A DNA stretch of 32,000 bases from contig NC_010482.1 of NCBI RefSeq assembly GCF_000019605.1, positions 1,170,001 through 1,202,000 of the forward strand, given 5' to 3'. The notes beneath the pieces were generated by a model. That model made no database searches. It was not told the origin of the DNA and was given only the letters and a program-made list of their open reading frames with translations. Both the position numbers and the translations under genes were made by a program. The number at the start of each line of letters is the position of its first letter. Within the stretch, counting starts at the first letter, position 1. Source of the stretch: Candidatus Korarchaeum cryptofilum OPF8 (lineage in GTDB: Archaea > Korarchaeota > Korarchaeia > Korarchaeales > Korarchaeaceae). This document shows, piece by piece, positions 7,963 through 17,210 of the stretch.

Positions 7963-8457
7963 ATGAGAGGAAAGGGCGTTGCTATGAGGATAGCATTGAC
8001 CTCGATCTTCGCTGCTCTATATGCATCCTTAACGATTGCTTTAGCCCCCATTTCGTTTTATGAGATACAAGTGAGGATTTCAGATTCCCTATTAACTCTC
8101 TCCATACTTTTCGGTCCACCTGTCATAATAGGGACCTCCCTAGGATGCTTCATCGCAAATCTTATTGGCCCATTTGGCATAATAGATGCTTTGGGAGGAT
8201 CTATTGCGAATTTAGTTGCGACATACATCGGATGGAAGTTGAGGAAAAGGAGATCATTTGCTTTAGTCCAGATGCCGATCACTGTCTCCTTAATAGTATC
8301 AGCTTACTTGCATGTTCTGTTAAATCTCCCAATACTGATAGTCTTCCTCTATTTGCTCGCGGGATCCGTAGTATCGATAGATATCATGGGCCTGTTCCTC
8401 CTCAGGGTGATCGAGACCCGCTACAGCGGACATAACATGCATGATTTCAAACAATAA
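7963..8457 (+). CDS. queT: QueT-like queuosine/archaeosine-precursor transporter (ECF S-component-like)
   Basis: 164-aa polytopic membrane protein. N-terminal pattern RIALTSIFAALYASLTIALAPISFYEIQVRISDSL is typical of QueT. Lies 18 nt after ogg. Confidence 0.7.
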   Translation: MRGKGVAMRIALTSIFAALYASLTIALAPISFYEIQVRISDSLLTLSILFGPPVIIGTSLGCFIANLIGPFGIIDALGGSIANLVATYIGWKLRKRRSFALVQMPITVSLIVSAYLHVLLNLPILIVFLYLLAGSVVSIDIMGLFLLRVIETRYSGHNMHDFKQ

Positions 8458-8645
8458 ATCCCATTTAATAAAAATAAAAATTCATTCGTCGATTCACTTT
8501 ATAATTCTATTATTTTTTATAGTCAATATTGAATAAATTTTTAGTTTTATATTCATGTAACAAATATTTTTAGGTTATGCCCCCCCAGCAATTCGATCTT
8601 CAACGATTCCTGCTATGGCTCTGGTCTCAATGAAGGGGAGGCGCT

Positions 8646-9731
8646 ATGAAGTCGAATAGGAAGGTAGGGATCGTCGGATGGGGTGTTTACGTACCTAAGT
8701 GGAGAATAAGATCTGAAGAGCTGGCTAGAGGATGGGGAAGAGAATGGAAGCGTTACGCAGCGGGCATAATGGTTGAGGAGAAGAGCGTGCCCGGACTGGA
8801 TGAGGATACCTTCACTATAGCATATGAAGCATCCTTGAATGCCCTTAGGAGGGCTAGGATAGATCCTTCGAAGCTCAGGGCCGTATATGTCGGCACAGAA
8901 TCAAAGCCTTACGCTGTTAAAACCACAGCGACGATACTCGCAGAGGCCCTAGGTGCCGGAGGACCTAAAAGGCTTACTACAGGCGCTGATTATGAGTTCG
9001 CATGCAAGGCAGGGACGGAAGCTGTTCAATCGGTGATAGGACTTGTGGGATCCGGGATGATAGATTACGGGCTAGCAGTAGGGGCTGATACCGCACAAGG
9101 AGCTCCAGGAGATGCCCTAGAATATACCGCATCTGCTGGAGGTGCAGCTTACATTTTGGGGCCCGCTGAAAATTCCATAGCTGTTATAGAAGCATCCCTG
9201 TCTTATGTGACAGATACTCCAGATTTCTGGAGGAGGCAGCATGAACACTATCCAGCTCATACGAGAGCTTTCACAGGGGAGCCGGCTTACTTCAAGCACA
9301 TAATGTCAGCTGCGAGAGAGCTGATGAGCTTAATGGGGACCGGGCCCAACGATTATGATTACGCTATATTCCATCAGCCCAATGGTAAGTTTCCACTGAG
9401 AGTAGGGACTAGGTTGGGTTTCACACCTGACAAGATAAAACCCGGGCTCATAACACCATATATAGGAAATACCTACTCAGGCTCAGCTCTGGTCGGTCTC
9501 GCTGCAGTTCTGGATCAAGCGAAACCCGGACAGAGGATACTTCTAGTCTCCTTCGGATCTGGTGCTGGCAGCGATGCCTTCCACATAGAGGTACGCGACG
9601 GGATAGAGGCTGTCCAAGATCTCGCACCTAAGACGATGGACTATGTCTCGAGGAAGGAATACATAGACTACGCTATTTACGCTAGATTCAGAAGGATGAT
9701 AAAGATGTTGCACGATTTCAGCGGATATTGA
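8646..9731 (+). CDS. hydroxymethylglutaryl-CoA synthase (archaeal type)
   Basis: [10 protein letters not shown] (Glu), [10 protein letters not shown] (Cys), FHQPNGKFP (His), [25 protein letters not shown] upstream. Confidence 0.92.
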   Translation: MKSNRKVGIVGWGVYVPKWRIRSEELARGWGREWKRYAAGIMVEEKSVPGLDEDTFTIAYEASLNALRRARIDPSKLRAVYVGTESKPYAVKTTATILAEALGAGGPKRLTTGADYEFACKAGTEAVQSVIGLVGSGMIDYGLAVGADTAQGAPGDALEYTASAGGAAYILGPAENSIAVIEASLSYVTDTPDFWRRQHEHYPAHTRAFTGEPAYFKHIMSAARELMSLMGTGPNDYDYAIFHQPNGKFPLRVGTRLGFTPDKIKPGLITPYIGNTYSGSALVGLAAVLDQAKPGQRILLVSFGSGAGSDAFHIEVRDGIEAVQDLAPKTMDYVSRKEYIDYAIYARFRRMIKMLHDFSGY

Positions 9732-9732
9732 G

Positions 9733-10878
9733 GTGATGACTATGACGTACATCATAGGTACGGGCATCCTAAAGGTTGGAGATCATTGGGAGAAGTCTTT
9801 GAGGAATCTAGCCGCTGAAGCATCAATATTAGCAATAGAGGACGCAGGAGGGGTTTCAGTGGATTACGTTATTGTAGCTAATTCCCTCTCAGGGGTGGTG
9901 AATGGTCAAGAGAACTTAGGGTCTTATGTGGTATCGCGGTTGAACCTTAAGGGAGTTCCCGCGCTGAAAGTCGAGGCCGCTAATGCCTCCGGAGCCGCCG
10001 CAGCTATTGTGGCAAATTCATTGATAAAAAGTGGAGATGCTAAAAGAGTTCTAGTCATCGGAGTTGAGAAGATGACTGATTATACATCTCTGGAGGATTC
10101 TAACGCAGCTCTATCAACGCTCATGGACTCTGAGTACGAGGCATTCCATGGGGCTACTCTCGACTCCCTACATGCCTTACTCATGAGGGAATATTTGAGA
10201 AAATATCAGGTAAAAAGGGAAGATTTCTCCTACTTTCCGATCTTAATGCATGAAAATGCTGTGGATACTCCGCATGCTCAGTATAGATTCAAGATAGATC
10301 TCGATGCTTACATATCCTCACCCCTGGTAGCCGAACCTATAAGCATGATGGACGTCCCAAGTCCCTCTGATGGCGCTGCTGCGATAGTGCTTTCGGAGAA
10401 GAATGAGGGCCCAAATGGAAGCGTTAAGATATCTTCATTCGGCCAGGCTACTGATAGAATATCGCTATACGATAGGAAATCTCTCTTAGAGATGCCATCA
10501 ATTAGAATGGCATTCAATAGAGCTGTCTCGAAATTGAATAACTTCAAGCCCGATTTCTATATCATAGGGGAGTATTCGAGTGTGATGGGCTACATAGCTA
10601 CGGAGGAGCTAGGTCTCGCTGAGAGGGGCAAGGCTTACAAGCTTTTCATGGATGGGGAGGCTAAGAGGAGCGGACCCACCCCCATAAATCCGGAAGGCGG
10701 ATCTAAGGCAAGAGGAGATCCTATAGGGGCAACCGGCGTCTACCAGCTAGCTGAAGCCTACCTCCAGCTCACGGGAAGGGCTCAGGGATGGCAGGTCAAT
10801 GGAGCTAGAAGGGCTCTAGTCCTCAGCATCGGCGGAGTAGGTTGCAACTCCGTAGTCCATTTAGTTGAGGGGGTGTGA
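9733..10878 (+). CDS. thiolase-fold protein (SCP2/archaeal acetoacetyl-CoA thiolase family) with substituted catalytic motifs
   Basis: Family motifs GVEKM, SDGAAAIVL, INPEGG and GATG are present. The catalytic positions read VEAANASG, YSSV and GDPIGATG instead of CASG, HDCF and GHP. Confidence 0.85.
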   Translation: MMTMTYIIGTGILKVGDHWEKSLRNLAAEASILAIEDAGGVSVDYVIVANSLSGVVNGQENLGSYVVSRLNLKGVPALKVEAANASGAAAAIVANSLIKSGDAKRVLVIGVEKMTDYTSLEDSNAALSTLMDSEYEAFHGATLDSLHALLMREYLRKYQVKREDFSYFPILMHENAVDTPHAQYRFKIDLDAYISSPLVAEPISMMDVPSPSDGAAAIVLSEKNEGPNGSVKISSFGQATDRISLYDRKSLLEMPSIRMAFNRAVSKLNNFKPDFYIIGEYSSVMGYIATEELGLAERGKAYKLFMDGEAKRSGPTPINPEGGSKARGDPIGATGVYQLAEAYLQLTGRAQGWQVNGARRALVLSIGGVGCNSVVHLVEGV

Positions 10879-11294
10879 GTATGTGGGCCTACTGGTTGAG
10901 TGTCCCCGCCCATTGGAGGGAGTTGCCAGCTAGGTACAGGCTGGAAGGGGGCTTATGCAGGAGCTGCGGTCACACTATGCTTCCCAAGGGGGAAGTATGT
11001 CCTATCTGCGGATCCAAGGACATAGTTACCAAACAGCTCCCGAGGAGGGGGAAGATAATCAGCTATTCCGTTATATGGAACGCCCCAAGAGGATATGAAT
11101 ACTATACACCTTACATCGTGGCTTTAATTGAGCTGGAGGATGGGACTAGGTTGATGAGCCAGTTAACTGACGTAGAACCCTCCCAAGTAACTGAGGGCAT
11201 GGAAGTTGAGATGGTACTCAGGAAAGTTAGAGTAAGCGGTGAGTCAGGGATAATTGCGTATGCCTATAAGTTCAGGCCCCTGCTGAAGAAGTGA
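10875..11294 (+). CDS. DUF35 zinc-ribbon/OB-fold protein (thiolase-HMGCS scaffold subunit)
   Basis: CRSCGHTMLPKGEVCPICGS rubredoxin-like ribbon followed by an OB-fold-like C-terminus. Third gene of the conserved archaeal trio. The start may be the ATG at 10881. Confidence 0.85.
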   Translation: MSMWAYWLSVPAHWRELPARYRLEGGLCRSCGHTMLPKGEVCPICGSKDIVTKQLPRRGKIISYSVIWNAPRGYEYYTPYIVALIELEDGTRLMSQLTDVEPSQVTEGMEVEMVLRKVRVSGESGIIAYAYKFRPLLKK

Positions 11295-11443
11295 ATCTCA
11301 TCCAGCTTTAACCTTCCTCCCACAATTTTTCTAAAACTGAAGTTTGGCGGAATCTTTTCATGAGGGCTTCATCTCTCTAGCACGCTAGACGATCTGTGTT
11401 CGAGTTGAGCTCAATGCTAGATGGAAGCTTTTCCAACACCATC

Positions 11444-11452
11444 ATTTTTTAA
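11444..11452 (+). promoter_or_regulatory. TATA-like box of gatDE
   Basis: ATTTTTTAA is centred about 26 nt upstream of the ATG at 11474 (MLHYRGKAREIL...), which suggests a leaderless start there rather than the TTG at 11459. Confidence 0.4.
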
Positions 11453-11458
11453 CTCCTA

Positions 11459-12799
11459 TTGCAGCACATCAAGATGCTCCATTACAGGGGTAAAGCTAGG
11501 GAGATCCTCTCAAGTCTTGGGCTCGAGGATTTCGATAGGATAAGGGTTAAGAGGGGAGGAGATGTTTACGAAGGAATACTCATCCCAAGGCCCGAGATAC
11601 TTGACGATGAGCACATAATAATTAAGCTGGATAATGGGTATAACATAGGCATCGGCCTAGAGGGAGCTGAGATAGAACTTATTTCTAAGGGATCGAGAAG
11701 GAAGGAGAGGAAACTTCCAGAGTTGAGTTATAGAGAGGACCTCCCCCGGGTTTCGGTGGTCGTTACAGGAGGAACTATAACCTCAAGGGTCGATTATTCG
11801 ACAGGAGGTGTCATAGCCCACGAGAGACCTGAAGAACTCCTCGATCTTATTCCAGAGCTCGCTGATATAGCTAATTTGAGATACGTTCAACTCTTCGCGG
11901 AATTCAGCGAGAACTTAACCCCTAGGCATTGGAGGGAGATAGCTAAGACGGTGGAGTCAGAGCTTAAGGGGGGAGCTGAGGGGATAATCGTAGCTCATGG
12001 TACTGATACTATGCATTTCACAGCATCAGCTTTAGCATTCATGTTGAGAGATCTAGATAAACCCGTGGTCTTCGTGGGATCGCAGAGATCTGTGGATAGG
12101 CCGTCAACTGATGCCGTGCTCAATATGATAGCGGCTACGAGGCTGGCCGCTCAGGGGCCCATAGCCGAGTCCGTCATAGTGATGCATTCCAGTCCATCGG
12201 ACGATCACGCTTATGCCTTGAGAGGGGTGAGAGCTAGGAAGATGCACACGTCCAGGAGGGATGCTTTCCTCCCAGTGAACGATCTCCCATTAGCTAGGAT
12301 AAGTAGAGAGGGTATTGAGTTGCTCTCAAAGGACTTCAGGAGGAGGAAGGAAGGAGCTAGCGGAGTGCATCTCGATGATAAAATCGATGAGAGAGTTGCT
12401 TTAATTCAAGTATGGCCTGGGATTCCACAGGGTTTCCTGAGCTCCTTGGATGGGATCTTCAGGGGTATAGTGATAGCTGGAACTGGGTTGGGCCACGTCC
12501 CGAAGCAGATCATACCTGAGATCAGGGACCTTATCAGAAAGGGGATCCCAGTTGTCATCTCTTCACAATGTCTGTATGGAAGAGTAGATTTGAAGGTTTA
12601 TGAGACCGGAAGAAGACTCCTTGAGGCAGGAGTCATACCTGCGATGGATATGCTACCAGAAGTAGCATTGGTGAAGCTAATGTTCGTCCTAGGGCACACT
12701 GATGATTTAGATGAGGTGAGGAATCTCATGTTAACGAACCTAGCCGGGGAATTGGGGGCCCATCTAGGGCTCAACATGTTCCCTCCCTGCTGGAGGTGA
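11459..12799 (+). CDS. gatD: Glu-tRNA(Gln) amidotransferase subunit D
   Basis: Asparaginase-type motifs VVTGGTITSR and HGTDTM. Immediately upstream of gatE. Confidence 0.95.
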   Translation: MQHIKMLHYRGKAREILSSLGLEDFDRIRVKRGGDVYEGILIPRPEILDDEHIIIKLDNGYNIGIGLEGAEIELISKGSRRKERKLPELSYREDLPRVSVVVTGGTITSRVDYSTGGVIAHERPEELLDLIPELADIANLRYVQLFAEFSENLTPRHWREIAKTVESELKGGAEGIIVAHGTDTMHFTASALAFMLRDLDKPVVFVGSQRSVDRPSTDAVLNMIAATRLAAQGPIAESVIVMHSSPSDDHAYALRGVRARKMHTSRRDAFLPVNDLPLARISREGIELLSKDFRRRKEGASGVHLDDKIDERVALIQVWPGIPQGFLSSLDGIFRGIVIAGTGLGHVPKQIIPEIRDLIRKGIPVVISSQCLYGRVDLKVYETGRRLLEAGVIPAMDMLPEVALVKLMFVLGHTDDLDEVRNLMLTNLAGELGAHLGLNMFPPCWR

Positions 12800-12803
12800 T
12801 CTC

Positions 12804-14699
12804 TTGGAGGACAGCTTCTATAGGGATGTTGGATTGAAAGTAGGGCTGGAGATACATCAGAGGCTCGATTCTCATAAGCTATTCTGCAACTGCCCTTCGA
12901 TACTGAGAGAGGAAGAGCCACATTCTTGGATAAGTAGGAACCTCAGCGTTTCTTACAGTGAGCTTGGAACGATAGATCCGGCGGCTAGATTCGAATCCTT
13001 GAGGAGGAGGAATTTCCTCTATGGGATATACTTCGACACGACATGCGAGGTGGAGATAGATGAAGCTCCACCTCATCCCTTGAATGAAGACGCCCTCGAA
13101 ATCTCCATTCAAGTGGCTCTTATGCTGAGGATGAAGCCGATCGATGAGATACACGTGATGAGGAAGATAGTAGTCGATGGTAGCAATACTACCGGATTTC
13201 AGAGGACTGCTCTAGTCGCTTTAGGGCATGGAGAGAGCTATATAGAGACTTCAAAGGGGAAAGTGAGATTAGAAACGCTATGTCTCGAGGAAGAATCAGC
13301 TTACATCGTTGAGAGCACTCCTGAATTCGCTAAATACAGATTAGATAGGTTAGGAATACCCCTAGTCGAGATCTCCACTGCCCCAGATATATGGCATCCG
13401 GAGCAAGCTATGGAGGCAGCTTTGAAAATAGGGAGAATCCTCAGAGCAACTGGGAGAGTCCAGAGGGGTATTGGGACAATTAGGCAGGACATAAACGTCT
13501 CTATAGAGGGAGGAGCTAGGCAGGAGATAAAGGGGATACAGGAGCTCGAGCTCATACCCGAGGTGATCAGAAGGGAGATCTTAAGGCAACAGAATCTCTT
13601 GAAGATTCAGGAGGAATTGAGAAAACGCGGAATCGATGAGAAGGATGTGGATGATCCGATATATGATATAACGGATGCCCTCTCTCAGACAGGATCCCAG
13701 CTTATCAAGAGGTCCCTCACCAGGGGAGAGAGGATCTTCGGAATGAGAGTTAAAGGATTCAGGGGATTGATTGGTAAAGAGATACAACCAGAGAGGCGTT
13801 TTGGAACTGAGTTAGCTGACTATGCTAGGGTATTCGGTGGTGTTAAAGGGATACTGCACGGCGATGAGTTACCGGGTTATGGCATAGGGGATGAGGAGGT
13901 AAAGAGAATCAGGGATGCGCTTTCATGCGATGATGATGACTCCTTCATATTAGTTATAGGGGAAAGGTCCTCCTCTACGCTAGCTCTAGAGTCAGTTAGA
14001 TCGAGGATCAAGTTCTCCATTAGAGGAATACCAAGCGAGACTAGGAGAGCTTTGCCTGATGGGAACACTTCCTTCATGAGGCCAATGCCCGGAGCAGCTA
14101 GGATGTATCCCGAGACAGATATACTCCCGGTTAAAACAGCTCCGATAATCAATAGGATAAGAGAACTTCCAAAGATGCCAGAAGAGACAGTAAGCGAACT
14201 AATTAAGGAATATGGAATTAACAGCGAGCTTGCTTGGGATTTATATGATGAGGGCAAGATATCGCTCTTCAAGAAGCTCGTGAGCTATGGGGCCCCAGCG
14301 AGCTTCACAGCGGCCACACTCACATCAACGATGAGGATGCTCAGAAGGGAGGGAGAGAATATTGAGAGGATCACTGAGGATCATCTGGTCGAGCTATTCA
14401 GATTTCTAGGGGATGGGATGCTTGCAAAGGAGGCTGTCCCTGAAGTACTTAGGGGGATCGCGAGGGGCGATTACTCAAGCGTCCATGATTACCTGAAATC
14501 TTATTCAATGAGCTTAGATGAGTTGGATTCTTTGATAGATTCTACACTCGAGAGATTCAGGGATAAAGTACTCGAGAGGGGCGATAGGGCCTTCGGAATG
14601 CTCATGGGGGAGGTCATGAGGGTAGCGAGAGGGAGGATAGATGGCTCTATTGTGAGCGAGAGACTGAGAATCAAGTTAAAAGAATTTCTCAAGACTTGA
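12804..14699 (+). CDS. gatE: Glu-tRNA(Gln) amidotransferase subunit E
   Basis: N-terminal GLKVGLEIHQRL. 631 aa with a GatB-like core and an archaeal insertion. TTG start 4 nt after the gatD stop. Confidence 0.95.
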   Translation: MEDSFYRDVGLKVGLEIHQRLDSHKLFCNCPSILREEEPHSWISRNLSVSYSELGTIDPAARFESLRRRNFLYGIYFDTTCEVEIDEAPPHPLNEDALEISIQVALMLRMKPIDEIHVMRKIVVDGSNTTGFQRTALVALGHGESYIETSKGKVRLETLCLEEESAYIVESTPEFAKYRLDRLGIPLVEISTAPDIWHPEQAMEAALKIGRILRATGRVQRGIGTIRQDINVSIEGGARQEIKGIQELELIPEVIRREILRQQNLLKIQEELRKRGIDEKDVDDPIYDITDALSQTGSQLIKRSLTRGERIFGMRVKGFRGLIGKEIQPERRFGTELADYARVFGGVKGILHGDELPGYGIGDEEVKRIRDALSCDDDDSFILVIGERSSSTLALESVRSRIKFSIRGIPSETRRALPDGNTSFMRPMPGAARMYPETDILPVKTAPIINRIRELPKMPEETVSELIKEYGINSELAWDLYDEGKISLFKKLVSYGAPASFTAATLTSTMRMLRREGENIERITEDHLVELFRFLGDGMLAKEAVPEVLRGIARGDYSSVHDYLKSYSMSLDELDSLIDSTLERFRDKVLERGDRAFGMLMGEVMRVARGRIDGSIVSERLRIKLKEFLKT

Positions 14700-17162
14700 C
14701 TCCTTTCTATCCTTTATGATCTCATCAAAATTCATGTCGAGAGCCCCCAATATTTGCTCGAATGTCGACCTCATTATCTCCACATACTTCTCCTTATCTA
14801 TCTGCGACTTGCTAGCTAGCTCCACGGGCATCACCCCTTCCCTTCCGATGACCTTTACGTACTTAATCACCTGTCCTGCCTCAACACGTTTGCCCATGCT
14901 CTCCAATATCCTAGCGACCTTCACATGCTGGGGTGTGGTCTTAGTATAATCCTCGGGGCTCTTGCCCAGCATGCATCTGAAAGCGAGTTTCTCCAGATCA
15001 TAATCTCCGGATTCCAACATCTTAACGTAGCCTCTTATGATCTCCTCTATCTTCATTTTTGCGTTTGAGAAATCCTCCGGGCTTCTGACCTCTGATAAAG
15101 TTTTTATGACCTCATCGAATGCTTCCTTCACTAGGATAGGTATGTTCCTCTTCTTGCCCAACAATCCCTTTATCACGACGGACCCATCTTTAGTTACTCC
15201 TAAGTAGTTCTTCTTCAATCTCGAGAAAACCACGTACCTATACCATTTATCGAGCTCCAGATCTATCCCTAACTTCTCCTCGACCCTCCTCTCGAACTCC
15301 TCTATCTGTCCCTGCGTCGCCCCCCTGATGAATAGGCTATCCGTATCCCCATAAATGACACTAAGATTCATCCTGCGGGCCTCATCTATGGAGAGGAGCA
15401 TCGCCTTCCTAGCGAGAGCTGTGATCATCTCGGCCGCGGGAGGGGAGTAGAGGGGGAAGTTCTCATACCCAAATACCCCATAAGAAGCATTCAGGAAAAC
15501 TTTGAGACTCCTTTGAACTGTATCGAACCACTCCCTCATATTTTCATCCTTCTCCTCCTTCGCCCTCCTCTTATACCTCTTGACTCTTAGATCCCTTAGA
15601 GCTTGAATCAAGTACGGAACTATCCCCCTCTCCTTCTTGCATATCCAATGAGGGAGCTCATTTACTGGTCTGTTTTCCCTGCAATCCTCATGGGGGCAGT
15701 TTATTGTCTCAAAACTGACTTTCCAGCGTCCTATTATTGACGGATATAGACTAGCGAAGTCCATTACTGCCACATCGAAGTGTATTCCGGGGATGGGTTC
15801 TAGAACTATAGCTCCCATGTACTTCTTCCCCTTTATGATCGCTTGAGAGTACGTCCTTTCCCCTCTCACTTTCATTATCTCCTCTTTTTCGGGGATGAGC
15901 CAGCCTCTCCTTCTATATTCGAAGAATATCATGTTCCTTATCCAAGAGGATACTCCCTGCCTCGATACCTCCTCGAGCGACATCTTGCTTATCCTAGAGA
16001 ATAGGAAGAGCAATTTGATTATCTCGCCGGAACCTATATTTCCAAGCCTAAAAGTGAGTTCGGCATCCTTGAGGCAATATTCAGCTAAAGTCCTGGTCTC
16101 AACTGAGTAGAAATCCCTAGATTCCAGCTCCATCTTCTTCTCTCCCAATATAGCGTCAGCCACTTCATCTAATGTGTAGCCCGCGTATTTATTATCAAAA
16201 ACATAAACCTGTATTGATCTATTGCTGAATAATTTGTAAAGATCTATATGGATACCCGTGTCCAGTATCGCTCTATCCTTCTCGAGCCTCACGGGCCTAT
16301 CGCTCACTCCCAGCTCCTTAGCCCTTCTAGCTAGGTATGGAAGGTCGAAGTTATCTCCATTATAAGTAAATAAGAGAGGATATTCACTTATTCTGTCCAA
16401 TACGCTCCTTATAAGCCTACCCTCACTCTCATAGCTTATCAGTTTGGCACCGTTTGATAACTCACCAGGGAGGCTTCCCCCTCTGTGCAGAACATGAACT
16501 TCTTTCCTCCCCGAGCTATCCACTATCGCGGCGGCTGCGACTGGCTTATCAGGTTCCCTAGGATCTGGTATCTTGTCTAATGGAGATAGGACCTCTATAT
16601 CTAGTGCTGCATTCGGCATGCTTGGGGAGGGCTCATCGAAGAGCGGGATCATCGAGAGTAATATGTCCCTGACCTCGCCATCGGAGTGGAGCAATTCCCC
16701 TTCGAGTTCGGCTTCTATGCTGATCCTCCTCAAGCTCCCTGAGTCATCTATCTCATAGAGGCACCCCGGTATCAGATTTCTATCGAAGATGAAACAATCA
16801 TAATATTTTATTCTCGCTTCCCAGACATCGTACCCCAGCTTGGCTAATGCATCCCTCATGTTTTTAGGAGATCCCCCTATCGCAAGCGGGTCCTTAGCCT
16901 CAACTTTAGTTAACTCCACCTCCCTATCCCTAAGGATATCGTATTTCCTGACCCTCGAGATCGAGTGAATCCTGGATGCGAACTCCGAGAGGGCTTCAGA
17001 TACCCTCTCCTCAGGAGCATTGGTGAGGAGATATGGCTTGTGATCCGTTTCATCTTTAACCAGAAATATCTCTCCGCTATCTACATCGTAGAACTTCATC
17101 ACAGCAGCTCTATCATCTCCTGAGTAGAATACTGAGAGCAGGACTCCTCTTCTCTGGGGCAT
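14676..17162 (-). CDS. polB: family B DNA polymerase (all exonuclease and polymerase motifs intact)
   Basis: Exo I LDIEV, Exo II YNGDNFDLPYL, Exo III YCLKDAELT. Pol A DFASLYPSII, Pol B KVFLNASYGVFG, Pol C YGDTDS. No intein-sized insertion. Confidence 0.95.
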   Translation of the reverse strand: MPQRRGVLLSVFYSGDDRAAVMKFYDVDSGEIFLVKDETDHKPYLLTNAPEERVSEALSEFASRIHSISRVRKYDILRDREVELTKVEAKDPLAIGGSPKNMRDALAKLGYDVWEARIKYYDCFIFDRNLIPGCLYEIDDSGSLRRISIEAELEGELLHSDGEVRDILLSMIPLFDEPSPSMPNAALDIEVLSPLDKIPDPREPDKPVAAAAIVDSSGRKEVHVLHRGGSLPGELSNGAKLISYESEGRLIRSVLDRISEYPLLFTYNGDNFDLPYLARRAKELGVSDRPVRLEKDRAILDTGIHIDLYKLFSNRSIQVYVFDNKYAGYTLDEVADAILGEKKMELESRDFYSVETRTLAEYCLKDAELTFRLGNIGSGEIIKLLFLFSRISKMSLEEVSRQGVSSWIRNMIFFEYRRRGWLIPEKEEIMKVRGERTYSQAIIKGKKYMGAIVLEPIPGIHFDVAVMDFASLYPSIIGRWKVSFETINCPHEDCRENRPVNELPHWICKKERGIVPYLIQALRDLRVKRYKRRAKEEKDENMREWFDTVQRSLKVFLNASYGVFGYENFPLYSPPAAEMITALARKAMLLSIDEARRMNLSVIYGDTDSLFIRGATQGQIEEFERRVEEKLGIDLELDKWYRYVVFSRLKKNYLGVTKDGSVVIKGLLGKKRNIPILVKEAFDEVIKTLSEVRSPEDFSNAKMKIEEIIRGYVKMLESGDYDLEKLAFRCMLGKSPEDYTKTTPQHVKVARILESMGKRVEAGQVIKYVKVIGREGVMPVELASKSQIDKEKYVEIMRSTFEQILGALDMNFDEIIKDRKESSLEKFF

Positions 17163-17186
17163 TCGTAATCTATTGCAAGAAGGAGA

Positions 17187-17194
17187 ATTTAAAT
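17187..17194. promoter_or_regulatory. palindromic TATA box ATTTAAAT shared by divergent polB and the glycoprotein gene
   Basis: It is the only TATA-like element in the 49-69 bp gap. Its centre is about 28 nt from the polB ATG (17162, leaderless) and about 41 nt from the ATG at 17232, which has GAGGTG 8 nt upstream. Confidence 0.45.
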
Positions 17195-17210
17195 AAGGTG
17201 CTACTAGGGG

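Noticed and set aside
12987-12998. AGATTCGAATCC, resembling a tRNA T-loop (GTTCGAATC)
   Set aside because: The flanking bases cannot form a T-stem or an acceptor stem. The segment is in frame inside gatE (…AARFESLRRR…).
13877-14272. Long antisense ORFs inside well-supported genes (13877-14272, 23110-23469, 24349-24729, 24832-25311, 29738-30094, 12598-12921, 21565-21873)
   Set aside because: Each lies opposite a gene with strong family motifs. Their translations are Ser/Leu/Pro-rich and low-complexity, as expected for the antisense frame of GAR/AGG-rich coding sequence. They have no start-site signals.
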